64,000 nt of DNA from Selaginella moellendorffii (Eukaryota; Plantae; Lycopodiophyta): assembly GCF_000143415.4 (NCBI RefSeq), contig NW_003314296.1, forward strand, positions 62,001-126,000, written 5' to 3'. Under the pieces are notes generated by a model. The model saw nothing but the letters and a program-made list of their open reading frames with translations. It was not told the DNA's origin and made no database searches. A program made the position numbers and the translations under genes. Every line of letters begins with the position of its first letter. Position 1 is the first letter of the stretch. Shown here piece by piece: positions 32,101 through 43,323 of the stretch.

Positions 32101-34415
32101 TCAAACCCGGTCTCCCATTTGGACGTTTAGAGACCCCGTCCTCGTGGACGAATCAAACACGTACTCCGCGCGAATCTCACCCACCTTTACACCCAGCCCC
32201 AAAAGGATCCCAGTGTCTTCGTTCCTCCAAAACCTTACTCCTCGATCGAGAGCTGCGAAGGACTCGACATAACTGTAAGCGTAGTGCTGCCTCCGGATTG
32301 GAACGCGCGCTTCGGCCATTAGCTGCTTGAGACGAGCAAAAGCATACGAAGTTTTACTGCGAAGGAACGAAAGAAATGGTGGTATTACCTCGAAAAAGCT
32401 CCAGCAGCTTGCGTTTGAAGCGCGAGGATTTGCAAAAGCTAGATAGCTTGGAGCCATCCCCAACATGCCACCATAGCGTGCTCGGAGAATCACCAGCGGA
32501 AAGGAGTCGGGAGTAGTGGAAGGCAGCGGCAAGAATCTCGTCGTCGAGAGGAGGTGCTTGTTGAAAAACGACGTCGTCTTGCTGCCAAGGCCGACACCTT
32601 GATCAACCTGTGAGAGTGAGAGCAGCATGAAACTTTGAGCGAGGCAAAATATTAAAATGATAAACGCCTTGCCTGGAATGTATCAATTGCCCCGACTCGC
32701 GCACGATGCACGAGACGAGTGTTGTCTCGAGTGATCTTGACGTTGAGAAACGGGACGCGATCGATACCATCTGCTAACAAGTCTCGATCGTCAAGCGTTT
32801 GCACCGGTCCAAGAACGTCCCGTGTTGACACTTCTTCTACCACGAACCCGTAAACTAGCTTGCTCCCTTTGGAAAGTTTCTGCAAGGGAAATAGTGAGAA
32901 AAGCACCATGTTTCCGCAATGGATTTACCTCTGTGATGCCTGTTTTGAACCCAGCATGGTCCACCCAAACCACAGGCGTCTGCTCTCGACTCGTGGGATG
33001 CGAGAGAACCGCCGTCAGCTTCCTCGAATTGTAACAGCCGACTCGAAAAATCTTGTCTTTCGGGCCGTCAACATACGGGTGAGCATACTCCAACTTAAAT
33101 TGAGAGTCATCCTGTTGTCACAGCTAGATGTTGGCTCCTGCGGAAATAAATTGCGACCTTACTTGAGGACGCAAAAGATCGTTTGAGTTGATAGATCCAT
33201 GCAGAGTTCTGTTCTTCCCGGCAATGTTTCGGTGCTCTACGGACAGAGTTCCAGCTGGTCGAATCGAAGCCTGCCATCCAATTAGACAAGCACAAAAAAA
33301 GAGAGATTCAAAAACAATACCAGGATCGGCTTTCCAGAATCGGAAGAAAAGAAGCTCAATCCCGTTTGGAAGTCGCACGCATCCTGCGGTTTTTCTTGGA
33401 TGAAGAATCGAAGCGAAACTCCATCCAGATCATTCCTCCTGACATCCACGTTTACTTTTTCAAAAAGTTGGAGCTGCCGCAAGCTTTGCAGTGCTTGCTT
33501 GATCGCATTACTGTTGTAAGGCATCCCTTCCATCACCTAACAACAGAAAGAAAAAAAAGAAGCGAGCTACGAATGAATAACCAGCGCAAGAAGAAAAACA
33601 AAAAGAGAGAAAGAACTTACAGTTCGTGGAAGCTCTCGAAAGATAGTTTCTCTCGAAGTTAGACCCTGGATCGCATTACCCTCCACATCCTTGAAGGAAA
33701 CTCTAGTGTCAGTGATGGTTCCTTCGCTGACCCTGCAGCATAACACTCCAGTTGAGGATCCAGTGAAGCCTCTCACTTTGGCCAATCCAAACCCCTGTCG
33801 ACGATACCAGTTCTCCACCTCTTCCTTGATCCAAACCAAAGTGTTCCTATCACCATAGCATCCCCGGCGCACTAGCTGGCTCGTGATATCAGCCTGGACG
33901 AAGCAAGGAAGCAAACAAGGCCCCCACAGTTCATCCTCCCTAGCGAAAGCTCTCCACCCATGATCATCACTAACAGGACCGACATTTACGCAGTAGAACG
34001 CTCTAATCCTTGCCGGGACCGAGGACGATGATTCCTCTTCCTGTGTTTCTTCCACCATGGAAGAACTAACTCTCCCAGAAGGGAGCGAGAAATCCCATCC
34101 ATCGTGTTCCTGGAACCCAGAATCATTGCCGCTGTTACCCCGATTACCGCCACTGCCGCCGCCCGCGCCAGTGAATGGAGTGGACTCTATCGGATTTCCC
34201 GACTCCCCTCGCGGCTTAGAAGGATTTCCAGGAGCGCCGGCGAGCGATGTGATCTTCTTGAAGAATCCTAGCGAGCATGTCCGGACAGGAGCTACCGGCG
34301 GCAAATCGAATGGAGTGTGAAATACGAGCTCCAGGCGAGCACGATGAGAATGGAGATCAAACCTGGCTGCTGCTGGTGCTGCTGTTCCAAGCGCCTGGAT
34401 CGAGCAGCAGCTCAT
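32101..34415 (-). CDS. Divergent Toc75-like Omp85 beta-barrel protein, multi-exon
   Basis: Transit peptide with Gly-rich stretch; POTRA motifs (VENWYRRQGF, CRVSEGTI..IFRELP); barrel motifs EHRNI, LEYAHPYVDG, NSRKL, WVDHAG, ITRDNT, VDQGVGLG and GVKVGEIRAEY. One GC-AG intron at 32608-32672. Confidence 0.85.
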
Positions 34416-34577
34416 CTTAGAACCCTAGATTCCGCGACCGATCAATCGACATGTAGAAATATTTCGGGGAATTCCTGCCACGTCGAGAACTTCTCATAAA
34501 CCCTAAAATTCTTTTTGCCCTTGTAAAACCCTCTAAGCTCAAAATACAATTAGTAGGTTGAGTAGTTAATCATAAAA

Positions 34578-34650
34578 GCGGGGATAGCTCAGTTGGGAGA
34601 GCGTTAGACTGAAGATCTAAAGGTCGCGTGTTCGATCCACGCTCACCGCA
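34578..34650 (+). tRNA. tRNA-Phe(GAA)
   Basis: GCGGGGATAGCTCAGTTGGGAGAGCG-TTAGA-CTGAAGA-TCTAA...GTTCGATC...CACCGCA; full cloverleaf of the plant nuclear tRNA-Phe type. Confidence 0.97.
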
Positions 34651-34669
34651 AAAATGATCCTCTTTATTT

Positions 34670-34943
34670 TTGGTTTGCTTAATGATATATCTAGAATATG
34701 CTTGGATATTTTAGAATATTCTACCATCTAACGGTTGTTATTCATTTAGATTAATTTTATATTTATAATTTATAAACATGTTTATAATTTATAAACTTTT
34801 TAAAACCCTTTCTAGTATATTCTATTATCTTATGGAATAAGATTAATCTTGTGTTTATAAATTACAAACATGTTTATATTTATAAACTTTATCTGATCAA
34901 TTGGATTAATAAGTAATAATAAAACTAATATTAAACAAACCAA
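34670..34943. mobile_element. AT-rich MITE-like element, copy 1
   Basis: TIRs TTGGTTTGCTTAAT / ATTAAACAAACCAA; internal sequence homologous to 59213-59475. Confidence 0.7.
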
Positions 34944-35580
34944 GCAACGCGTAGCAATTTATTAAATAACTGTTATTTTTTTGGAGGTTGAGACAGAAAA
35001 AACTGTTCTCCCTGTAAGCTAGTTGGACGACGATTCGCTGAGACACGAGAAGATCTCCAGACAAACAAGACAAAACCTTCTCCCGGCAAAGATTCATCGC
35101 TTAGATTGCATTGTGCCGCCTAGCAAAGCAAGCAAGGACGACACATATGATCAGCTTACGAAAGCATATACGAGCGTTCATTACGGACCTCCTCGGCTGT
35201 GAAACGCTTTTCACCGGACTGGCACGAACAATACGACGTTGCTCCGCTTTTGGTGATCATCACTGTGTAAATTCCCTGGAATAAAGCCTGAAGCAAAGCA
35301 AGAGAGGAAAAGTATTAGAACAACAACCGCAGTAAAATCCACGACACAAGCAAATGTAGAAGCTCACCACACAAGAGCAAAAGTAGAAGCTCTGTTACCT
35401 TAGAGACTTACCATTTCCGGGATTCTTGTTCTCAGCCAACAGTTTTTCCAGGCATGCAGCTCTGGATAATCTCGTTGCTCGTCGCTATAAAACCGGAACC
35501 ATCTCCGGAGCAAGCTCAGTGTCTCAGGCTCTCTTTTTCTCCCTGGCTTGCCTCCCCAAAGCATTCTCGACTCGATCATC

Positions 35581-37217
35581 ATGGGGTCGTCTTCTGGATT
35601 CGATTGGTGGATCCTCACTCTGCTGCCTTTCTTCCCGCGGCATTTGCTTGCTGAAGCCGACGATCATGCATGGCGACTTATCGCTGCTGCTCTGGCCATG
35701 CTGGTTGTAGCTGCCGTCTCGGCGATCCTGGCTTCTTGGCTTGTTCCCGGTGGCAATGCATGGGGGAGGACGCTGAGGAAGAAGCAGACCATCCCGGGGC
35801 CCAGAGGATGGCCAGTGCTTGGAGTCCTCACGGAGATGGGAGGCCAAGCTCACCGAAAGTTGGCCAAGCTTGCTGAGAAGTACCATGCGAAGGAGCTCAT
35901 GGCCTTCAGCCTGGGTAACACGAGGATGATCATCACCAGCAAGCCGGAAGTGGCACGAGAGCTGCTCAACAGCTCCGAGTTCGCAGACAGGCCCCTCAAG
36001 CAGTCGGCTCAGCAGCTCCTTTTTGGACGAGCAATCGGCTTTGCTCCCTATGGAGATTACTGGCGTAACTTGCGAAGGATCGCCTCCAACTATCTCTTCT
36101 CTCCACGCCAGATTGCTGCTCACGAACCATCTCGTCAGGAGGAGACGAGCAGGATGATCAAAGCGATGAGTACCTTTGCAGCGGAAAACCACGGCCTTGT
36201 CCGAGTCCGGGACTTTCTCCAGCGAGCTTCGCTCAACAATATCATGCAGACTGTGTTTGGCAGGAGGTTCGAGGACGGCTCTGAGGACGCTGCTGAGCTC
36301 GCTGAGATGGTGAGAGAAGGCTTCGAGCTGCTTGGTGCGTTCAACTGGGCCGATCACTTGCCAGCTCTCAAGACAGTCGATCCCCAGAACATCCTCCAAC
36401 GCTGTGCTGTGTTGGTCCCTCGAGTGACGAGCTTTGTTCAGAAGATTATTGATGATCACCGCCAACAGGAGGTCAAGACCGCACAGCCGGACTTTGTTGA
36501 TGTGCTGCTCTCTTTGGATGGCGAGGACAAGCTTGACGACGCCGACATGATCGCTGTTCTCTGGGTAAGCAACCGACATTATTCTTGTTTCTTGTTTCCA
36601 CAGCTTACATGTCGAATGCTTCGCAGGAGATGATATTCCGAGGCACTGACAGCGTTGCCCTTCTCACCGAGTGGATTGTCGCAGAGCTCGTCCTCCATCC
36701 TGAAATCCAGAGCAAGTTGAGAGATGAGATCATTAGCTTGGCTGGAAAATCTAGAGTTCCCGAATCCGACCTCAACAAAATGGTGTACCTCCAAGCTGTG
36801 GTGAAGGAGACTCTTAGAATGCATCCTCCGGGTCCCTTGCTCTCTTGGGCAAGACTGGCAATTCACGACGTAAGCTTGGCTGGGCACCACATCCCTGCAG
36901 GCACCACAGCCATGGTAAACATGTGGTCCATCACTCACGATCCATCCATCTGGTCCGAGCCTGAGAAATTTAACCCGGAGAGATTCCTTGAGCAAGACAT
37001 CGACGTGAAAGGAACCGACTTACGTCTCGCTCCATTCGGAGCTGGTCGGCGAGTGTGTCCCGGACGAGCTCTTGGCCTTGCCACTGTCCTCCTCTGGACT
37101 GCTCGACTGGTGCAAGAGTTCCAGTTCCAGGCAGACTCCCTCCATCCCGTGGATCTCACCGAAGTTCTCAAACTCTCGAGTGAGATGGCTACACCTTTGT
37201 TGGTAAAGGTCCTCTAG
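35581..37217 (+). CDS. CYP78A: Cytochrome P450 CYP78A-like, two exons (intron 36565-36626)
   Basis: Motifs [49 protein letters not shown] and [16 protein letters not shown]. Confidence 0.93.
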
Positions 37218-37326
37218 CAGTTTAAAGGTCCTATAGCAGTTTGTACTTTAAATTTTTTTCAGTGAATAATACTGAAGAGAGGTAGTTTACCTGAAAGCAG
37301 TCGCCTAGTTTTCTGATGGGAACGTC

Positions 37327-38806
37327 TTGGATTTTTTCTTTTGCACAAAGTACGTCTCGCAGGACCCTTGTTGCCGAGGATACTCGGCGATCGGATGCAA
37401 AACGCGGGAGCAAAGCGGCTTGCTGGCGTGCGGCAGCTCCAGAGACATAGCAACTGGCAGTAAGCTCCAGTTGCATGCCGTCGAAAGTGGTCTCAGCAGC
37501 ATAATGAGCATGTATGCCAAGTGCGGTAGCATGTCCCAAGCTCGCAGTGTTTTTGACAGCATCCACTTCAAAGATATCGTCTCTTGGAACTCCCTGCTTG
37601 TTGGATATGTCCAGAATGGTGACAGCCATGTCGCTGTCGATCTCTTCTGGTCGATGCAACAGTCTCCTGACTCCCGAACTTTCGTCGCCGCGCTGATGGC
37701 CTGGCCCCGCAAACTTCGTCCTCTTCAAGTTTGAAGTTGCTCCTTGATATAGGAACCCGAATCCAATTGCAGGCACAGAGCAGTGGCTGCGTTCCAGTAT
37801 CGGACAGAGCCATAATCTCCTCTCCTGGACTGCTCTTGCTCCTTGTCCGGATGCTCCCGCTTTCGTTGCTGCGTTCATGGCTTGCTCCAGCTTGAATCGG
37901 CCGAAATTGTGAGCGCGTAAAACTTAAGTCCCTGGAGAGAGGAATGCCGCTCCACGCTAGAGCAGGCAAGCAGGGACTCATCCGCAGCATGTACGTGGCC
38001 ACTGGAGTACTTGACATGTTCACAAACTGCGGAAACCTGCTCAATGCTCGCCGACGTTGTTCTCTGGAACTCTTTAATCCTCGGCTACGTAGAGAATGAA
38101 GAAGCGCAGCTCGCATTGCAGCTGTTTTCGAGGATGGGTTCCGCCAATGCTCGGACTTATGTCGCAGCTCTCTGGCCAACGAGTCGACGGAAAGCTTGAT
38201 TTCCTGCGAGCGGATGCCACACTGAGGCCTTCGTAGCAAACAGTCTGGTGGACATGTATGCTAGGTGTGGAAGCCTGGACGAATCTCGAAAAGTTCTCGA
38301 TACCATCGAGCCTCCAAATGCGGCTTCCTGGACTGCGTTGCTGCTTGGATACGTCGATGGCGGCAAATCCAAGAAGGTCTTGAGCTCATTAGACGCAGAA
38401 AGTTCACGCCAGATGCTCGTTGCTGCATTGGTAGCCAGCGGCAGATTAGTCGACATTTAGGCTGGGAAGAATCGTACTCTCAGCTTGCAGTCACGCCGGC
38501 CTCGTCAACAAAGGAAAGATGTTTTTCCAGATGAACGAATTTGGAGCACCTGTGGAGGCACAGCATTACAGCTGCATGATCGATCTTCTTGGTCGTGCAG
38601 ACCGCTTAGATGAAGTTATTGAGCTTCTCGGACAGATGCCTGAGCGAGCCGACCAAGCAACTTGGATGACGGTCCTGAGTGCCTGTTGGAAACGGAAGAA
38701 CGGAGCCGTTGGCGAGCTCGCTTGCCAATCCCTTCTCAAGTTGGATGGTGAAAATGCTGCTGCATGCGTCCTCATATCGAACATCTATAACGGTGCTGAA
38801 AACTAG
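37327..38806 (+). pseudogene. PLS-class PPR pseudogene
   Basis: Frameshifted fragments MYAKCGS..VSWNSLL, DMYARCGS and HYSCMIDLLGRA. Confidence 0.85.
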
Positions 38807-38812
38807 TTGGAA

Positions 38813-41332
38813 TCACCAAAAGTTACCGCAGGAACACTTGCCATCCTCGAACGTATGGAAACGCCCCCCGTCTCTACAAATGATCGTCCTCTTCTCGATC
38901 CTTGAGATAATTGCAGTGGCATTGTGACAGTCGTCACAGACTCTTAAGTTTTTGCCGATCCGGATAGGACTGCCTGGGGGCGAATTGATCAAAGCACAGC
39001 CGATAGCGAGCCTCTCGCTGTGTCCACACAGTGAGCTCTCCATCTTTTCATCGGTCGAGAACTTGTGTGCAGCACTCCCGGCGTCAGTAACATAACCGTG
39101 TTCCTTCATCTCTCCTACCAGCTTCTTCAGCTTTGCGTTGATCTCTTTAATTTGCGGATGTGAGCTCTCGTGAGCCATGAACCTGTGAACTTTACCATCC
39201 CTGTCATTCCACCAACTCTGTCCTGCTTCTTTCCAAGCTCCTGCTTCTCTCATTTTGGCTAGAACCCCCTTTTTATCCTCCCACCTTCCTAAACTCCCGT
39301 AAAGATTTCCCATCAGTGCATAAGCAGCACCATCACTTGCATCGAATGTCAGCAGCGTTTCAAAAGCCAGCCTTCCGAGCTGAATATTCTTCCACTTCTT
39401 GCTCGCAGCAAGGATAGCCGTCCACGTAACAGCATCTGCTTCAAATGGCATTATCTTCAAAGTCTCCACTGCACAATCTAGATGGTTAGATCGTCCCAGA
39501 AGATCAATCAGGCACGTATAGTGCTGAGGATTTGGACTTACGCCGTACCTTGGCAGCATCTCCTCGAAGATAGACTTGGCCTTGTCTACTAAACCAGCGT
39601 GACTGCATGCGTTTAAGAGGGAAAGGAAAGTGATTCCATTTGCTGGCACGCCTTCACGTTGCATTATCTCAAACAAATCGAACACTCGGCCCGCATTTCC
39701 TTGGTAGCCATATCCAACCAGCAAAGCATTCCACTGCACGCAATCCTTGTCAGAACTTGTGGTGTCAAACAGATGCTCCGCAAGCAATAAGGAGCCACAC
39801 TTACCATAAAAATCCACCAAAGCATTCGCAACAGCGTCGTAATTTTCTAGTCCTCGCCTGTAGATATCCGCCTGGATCCTCCTCCCTGTTTCCAATGCTA
39901 CAACACTTCCACATGCCCCGAGAACAGCAACAAACGCCCGAGCATCTGGAAAGCAGCCGGAAGAACTTAAGCACGAAAAGTTTTCCAATGCCAGGAATTC
40001 CTCGCCATTGTCTGCATAACCAAGTATGAGCGCCGTCCAGGACACAATGTCATAACGTACCATGCTGTCAAAAACGCGACGGGCATCCACCATGCTCCCA
40101 CACTTCGAGTAAGTATCGATCAGTGTGTTTGCCAAGAAGATTTCCGAGTCGTATCCACTTGTTGCAGATTGTGAGTGGATAGACATCACACTTTCCAAGC
40201 AGCTGAGTTTTACAGGCCTCTCGGAGACTTGTTTCCCAGCTTCAGCTGTTGCCAGATTTGCACAGGCCGTAAGTGCAGCCGTGAAGAGCCCGGGATTCGA
40301 CGACCGTTTGCCTGTCTGCATGCACGAGAACAGGTCAATAGCAAGCTTGTTTTCGTCATTCTCTACATACCCGAGAACCATTGCAGTCCTTAGAACCGCA
40401 TCGTGACGAGGCACACGGTCAAAAACCATGCGAGCATCCGCCAGGCTCCCGCAGTTGGCGTAGACTGACACCAGCGTGCTTGCTACGAAGATGTTTTCCC
40501 AACAGCTGAGCTTCACAGCCAGAGAATGCAGCTCCATCCCTCTTTGGAGACTTTCAAGTTTCAAAAGCCTGCCATCCGTTTCCATGCCTTGCTCTTTCTC
40601 TGCCAGACTCGCACAAGCCGTCAATGCAGCCACGAAGGCTCGAGCATCTGGTTCATATCCCAAGGAGAGCATCCGAAAGAAGAGTCCCAAAGCCACGCCG
40701 GGCTCGTCATTCTCTGCGTAGCCGAGAACCAGTGAAGTCCAGGAAACGACGTTGTGAACCGGCATCCTTTCGAAAACTTTCCGCGAGTCGTCCATGCTAC
40801 CACACTTGGCGTACATATCCACCAGCGTGCTTGCCAAGTAAAGTTGTGAGTCCACCCCTACTGCTACGGCCTGAGAGTGTATAATCTTTCCTGTTTCCAG
40901 ATACTTGAGGCTTACGAGTTTGCCATCGACCCGGCTTCTCACGTCGCTTGCAGCGAGCTTGGTGCAGGCCATCAGAGCAGCTGTGAAAGTTCTAGCGTTC
41001 GGGGCGGCATTCGAGCTGCGTTGCATGGCCGAAAAGCTTCGCAGAGCCAGCGCACTATCCCCGTTCTCGAAGTATCCGAGAATCAATGCGTTCCAAGGTA
41101 CAGCATCGCGGACGGGCATGAGGTCGAAGACTTTCTGAGCATCCGGCATGCTCCCGCATTTGGCATACATATCTACCAAGGTGGTTGCCACGAAAATGTT
41201 TGAACTGAATCCACGTTTTGCAGCATCTTCATGATACTGTCTCCCAGCTTCAATATCTCCTGTTCTGGTGCACTCCTTCAGTGCTCTCAGCAAGGACCCA
41301 ACGTCGCTGCAACTTTGGCTGAAACGAAACAA
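38813..41332 (-). CDS. PLS-E-DYW PPR RNA-editing factor (ends CSCGNFW); 5' end uncertain
   Basis: PLS triplets, E domain, HSERLA (HxE) and KNLRVCDDCH (CxxC). The ORF begins without an ATG, so an upstream exon is probable. Confidence 0.9.
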   Translation of the reverse strand: MFRFSQSCSDVGSLLRALKECTRTGDIEAGRQYHEDAAKRGFSSNIFVATTLVDMYAKCGSMPDAQKVFDLMPVRDAVPWNALILGYFENGDSALALRSFSAMQRSSNAAPNARTFTAALMACTKLAASDVRSRVDGKLVSLKYLETGKIIHSQAVAVGVDSQLYLASTLVDMYAKCGSMDDSRKVFERMPVHNVVSWTSLVLGYAENDEPGVALGLFFRMLSLGYEPDARAFVAALTACASLAEKEQGMETDGRLLKLESLQRGMELHSLAVKLSCWENIFVASTLVSVYANCGSLADARMVFDRVPRHDAVLRTAMVLGYVENDENKLAIDLFSCMQTGKRSSNPGLFTAALTACANLATAEAGKQVSERPVKLSCLESVMSIHSQSATSGYDSEIFLANTLIDTYSKCGSMVDARRVFDSMVRYDIVSWTALILGYADNGEEFLALENFSCLSSSGCFPDARAFVAVLGACGSVVALETGRRIQADIYRRGLENYDAVANALVDFYGKCGSLLLAEHLFDTTSSDKDCVQWNALLVGYGYQGNAGRVFDLFEIMQREGVPANGITFLSLLNACSHAGLVDKAKSIFEEMLPRYGVSPNPQHYTCLIDLLGRSNHLDCAVETLKIMPFEADAVTWTAILAASKKWKNIQLGRLAFETLLTFDASDGAAYALMGNLYGSLGRWEDKKGVLAKMREAGAWKEAGQSWWNDRDGKVHRFMAHESSHPQIKEINAKLKKLVGEMKEHGYVTDAGSAAHKFSTDEKMESSLCGHSERLAIGCALINSPPGSPIRIGKNLRVCDDCHNATAIISRIEKRTIICRDGGRFHTFEDGKCSCGNFW

Positions 41333-41449
41333 GAAACGGGATCAAGCGCCTGCGTCAAAACCACAGAAAAGTAGCTTACATCTTTCGCCCAGAGCATGAT
41401 GAAGAGAAGCGAATGAAGACGCTGCCATTCGTTGCCACTTTGGAACCCT

Positions 41450-43230
41450 ACTTAAACTTCCCGGTCTCTGTCCAGCCCGGAAAAAGGCTCAAATGCGAAT
41501 TTTCCCACCTGACCATTCTCCCACTTTGCGCAGGCACCCAAAACGGTCATCCAAGCTACCGCGTCCGCTTTGAGAAGGCATGCTTTCCAGCACCTTCACG
41601 GCTTCGTCTAGATGGTTGGCTCTTCCCAGCAGATCGATCATGCCAGTGTAGTGCCGAAGACTTGGAACAACGCCATGCTTGCGTCTTGCAGCGCTTCAAA
41701 GCACTTCTTCCCCTTTTCAACAAGACCAGTATGACTGAATGCCGTGAGAAGCGAGACCAGAGTAGCCTCAGTCGCACATAAGCCTTCGTCCGCCAGCCTT
41801 CGAAATACTGCTACTGCGTGAACTGCATTCCCCTGGTGGCTATATCCCATTATCAACGCATTCCACGCACCGATTTCTCTTGTCATTGCCGTGGTATCAA
41901 AGATGTACTGGGCCGCAGTCATGTCCCCACACTTTCCATAGAAGTCCACCAGGCATGGTGTTACGGTCCCATCGTTCTCAAGCCCAAGCCTGTATCTCTC
42001 TCCCTGAATCTGACGTCCAATGTCTGGCCTCACTATAATGCCACAGGCGACGAAAGCAGCAGCTAAAACTCGCGCATCTGGTTTGCACGACGTATCAGCA
42101 CGCATTTCGAAAAAGAAATCCAGAGCAGACTCCCCTTTGCTTGCCTCAAAATCATCACTGTCCAGGACACAATGTCACGAAGCTCCATCTTCTCATACAC
42201 TCTGCAAGCATCGTCCAGCCTTCCACATTTCGCGTAGGTATCAATCAGCGTGTTTGCCACGGATGTCTTGTCACACAACTTGACAGCTTCAGTTTCCAGG
42301 TATCTCAGTTTGTGAAGAACGAACGCTTGCCGCTTCCCTGTGGATGGCAGCACCTCTAGCCAAACAGCCCACCTTCAGCACTTTCCCTTCAACCTTCTTT
42401 CCTTCCTCGCGCTCGGCCAGATCCGAGCATGCCTCGAGAGCAGCCAGAAGAGTAGTCTCGTTCGGTGTACACCCTTCCGCCACCATCTGTTCAAACACCT
42501 CCCCACAGCCTCCTCGTTCTTCCCGTGCTCCACATACCGGCATTCCACGACACTGTGTCGTGGAAAGCCATCCTGTCAAAGGCCCTCCGAGCGTCGCCCA
42601 GCCTCCCATACTTGGCATGCGTGTCCACCACCGCCGTGGACACGAACACGTTTTGAGTCATACCCGGCCTCCAGAACTTGAGAGTGTAGTGCCATCCCTC
42701 TCTCCAAGCTCTTGAATCGATCGTTCCCAGCGGAGACGCGGGCCGTCACGCGACGAACGTTCTCGCGCTTGGAGAGCATCCCTGTTGCTAGAGACGCGAG
42801 AACAAGTAATCGCTGCCAAATGAACTCTTACCACGCTCGAGGTCCTTCAAGCCATCAATCCCGCCAGGAGCGATCGATGATCGTGTTTTCCACGCCTGGA
42901 CACGATTTCCACTGGATATTTCGGAAGAATATCGAAGAAAGACTCACGATTCACGCTCCACTGCAATTGATCCCTCCAAAAATCCGTCATTGTCTTGATC
43001 CAATCCTCGCTCTTCCCTGAAAATCGCATGAAATAAGAAACAAACGTAACGGATCATGTACGATCTCTCGATCAAAATGCTCGATCCTGCTCCTAGAGGT
43101 CTTGACTCACATCGGCCGCGCAATGCCGCCGGGGAATCCAGCTGCGATGCTGCTGAAGACCTGACGCATCCAAAACGCGCTGCTGCTCCTGGAGATCGTC
43201 CGCGCAATGCCGCCGGCGAATCCACGCATC
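41450..43230 (-). pseudogene. PLS-class PPR pseudogene of the same subfamily, tandem to the DYW gene
   Basis: Frameshifted fragments LERGMALHSQ, EGKVLKVGCLARG, LVDFYGKCG and HTGLVEKGK; duplicated presequence-like start near 43090-43230. Confidence 0.8.
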
Positions 43231-43323
43231 ACATTGCTGTGCTTTAGGGTTTTGTCATTCATTCACAAACTAGAATACCTTTACACATGATATACTACAC
43301 AAAATTTTGTTTGCTGGTTCTTT

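Noticed and set aside
35524-36579. 351-aa antisense ORF over CYP78A
   Set aside because: Shadow ORF of a GC-rich coding strand.
37710-37732. Possible tiny inversion bounded by AAACTT/AAGTTT in the PPR pseudogene
   Set aside because: Too short to distinguish from chance without an intact paralogue.
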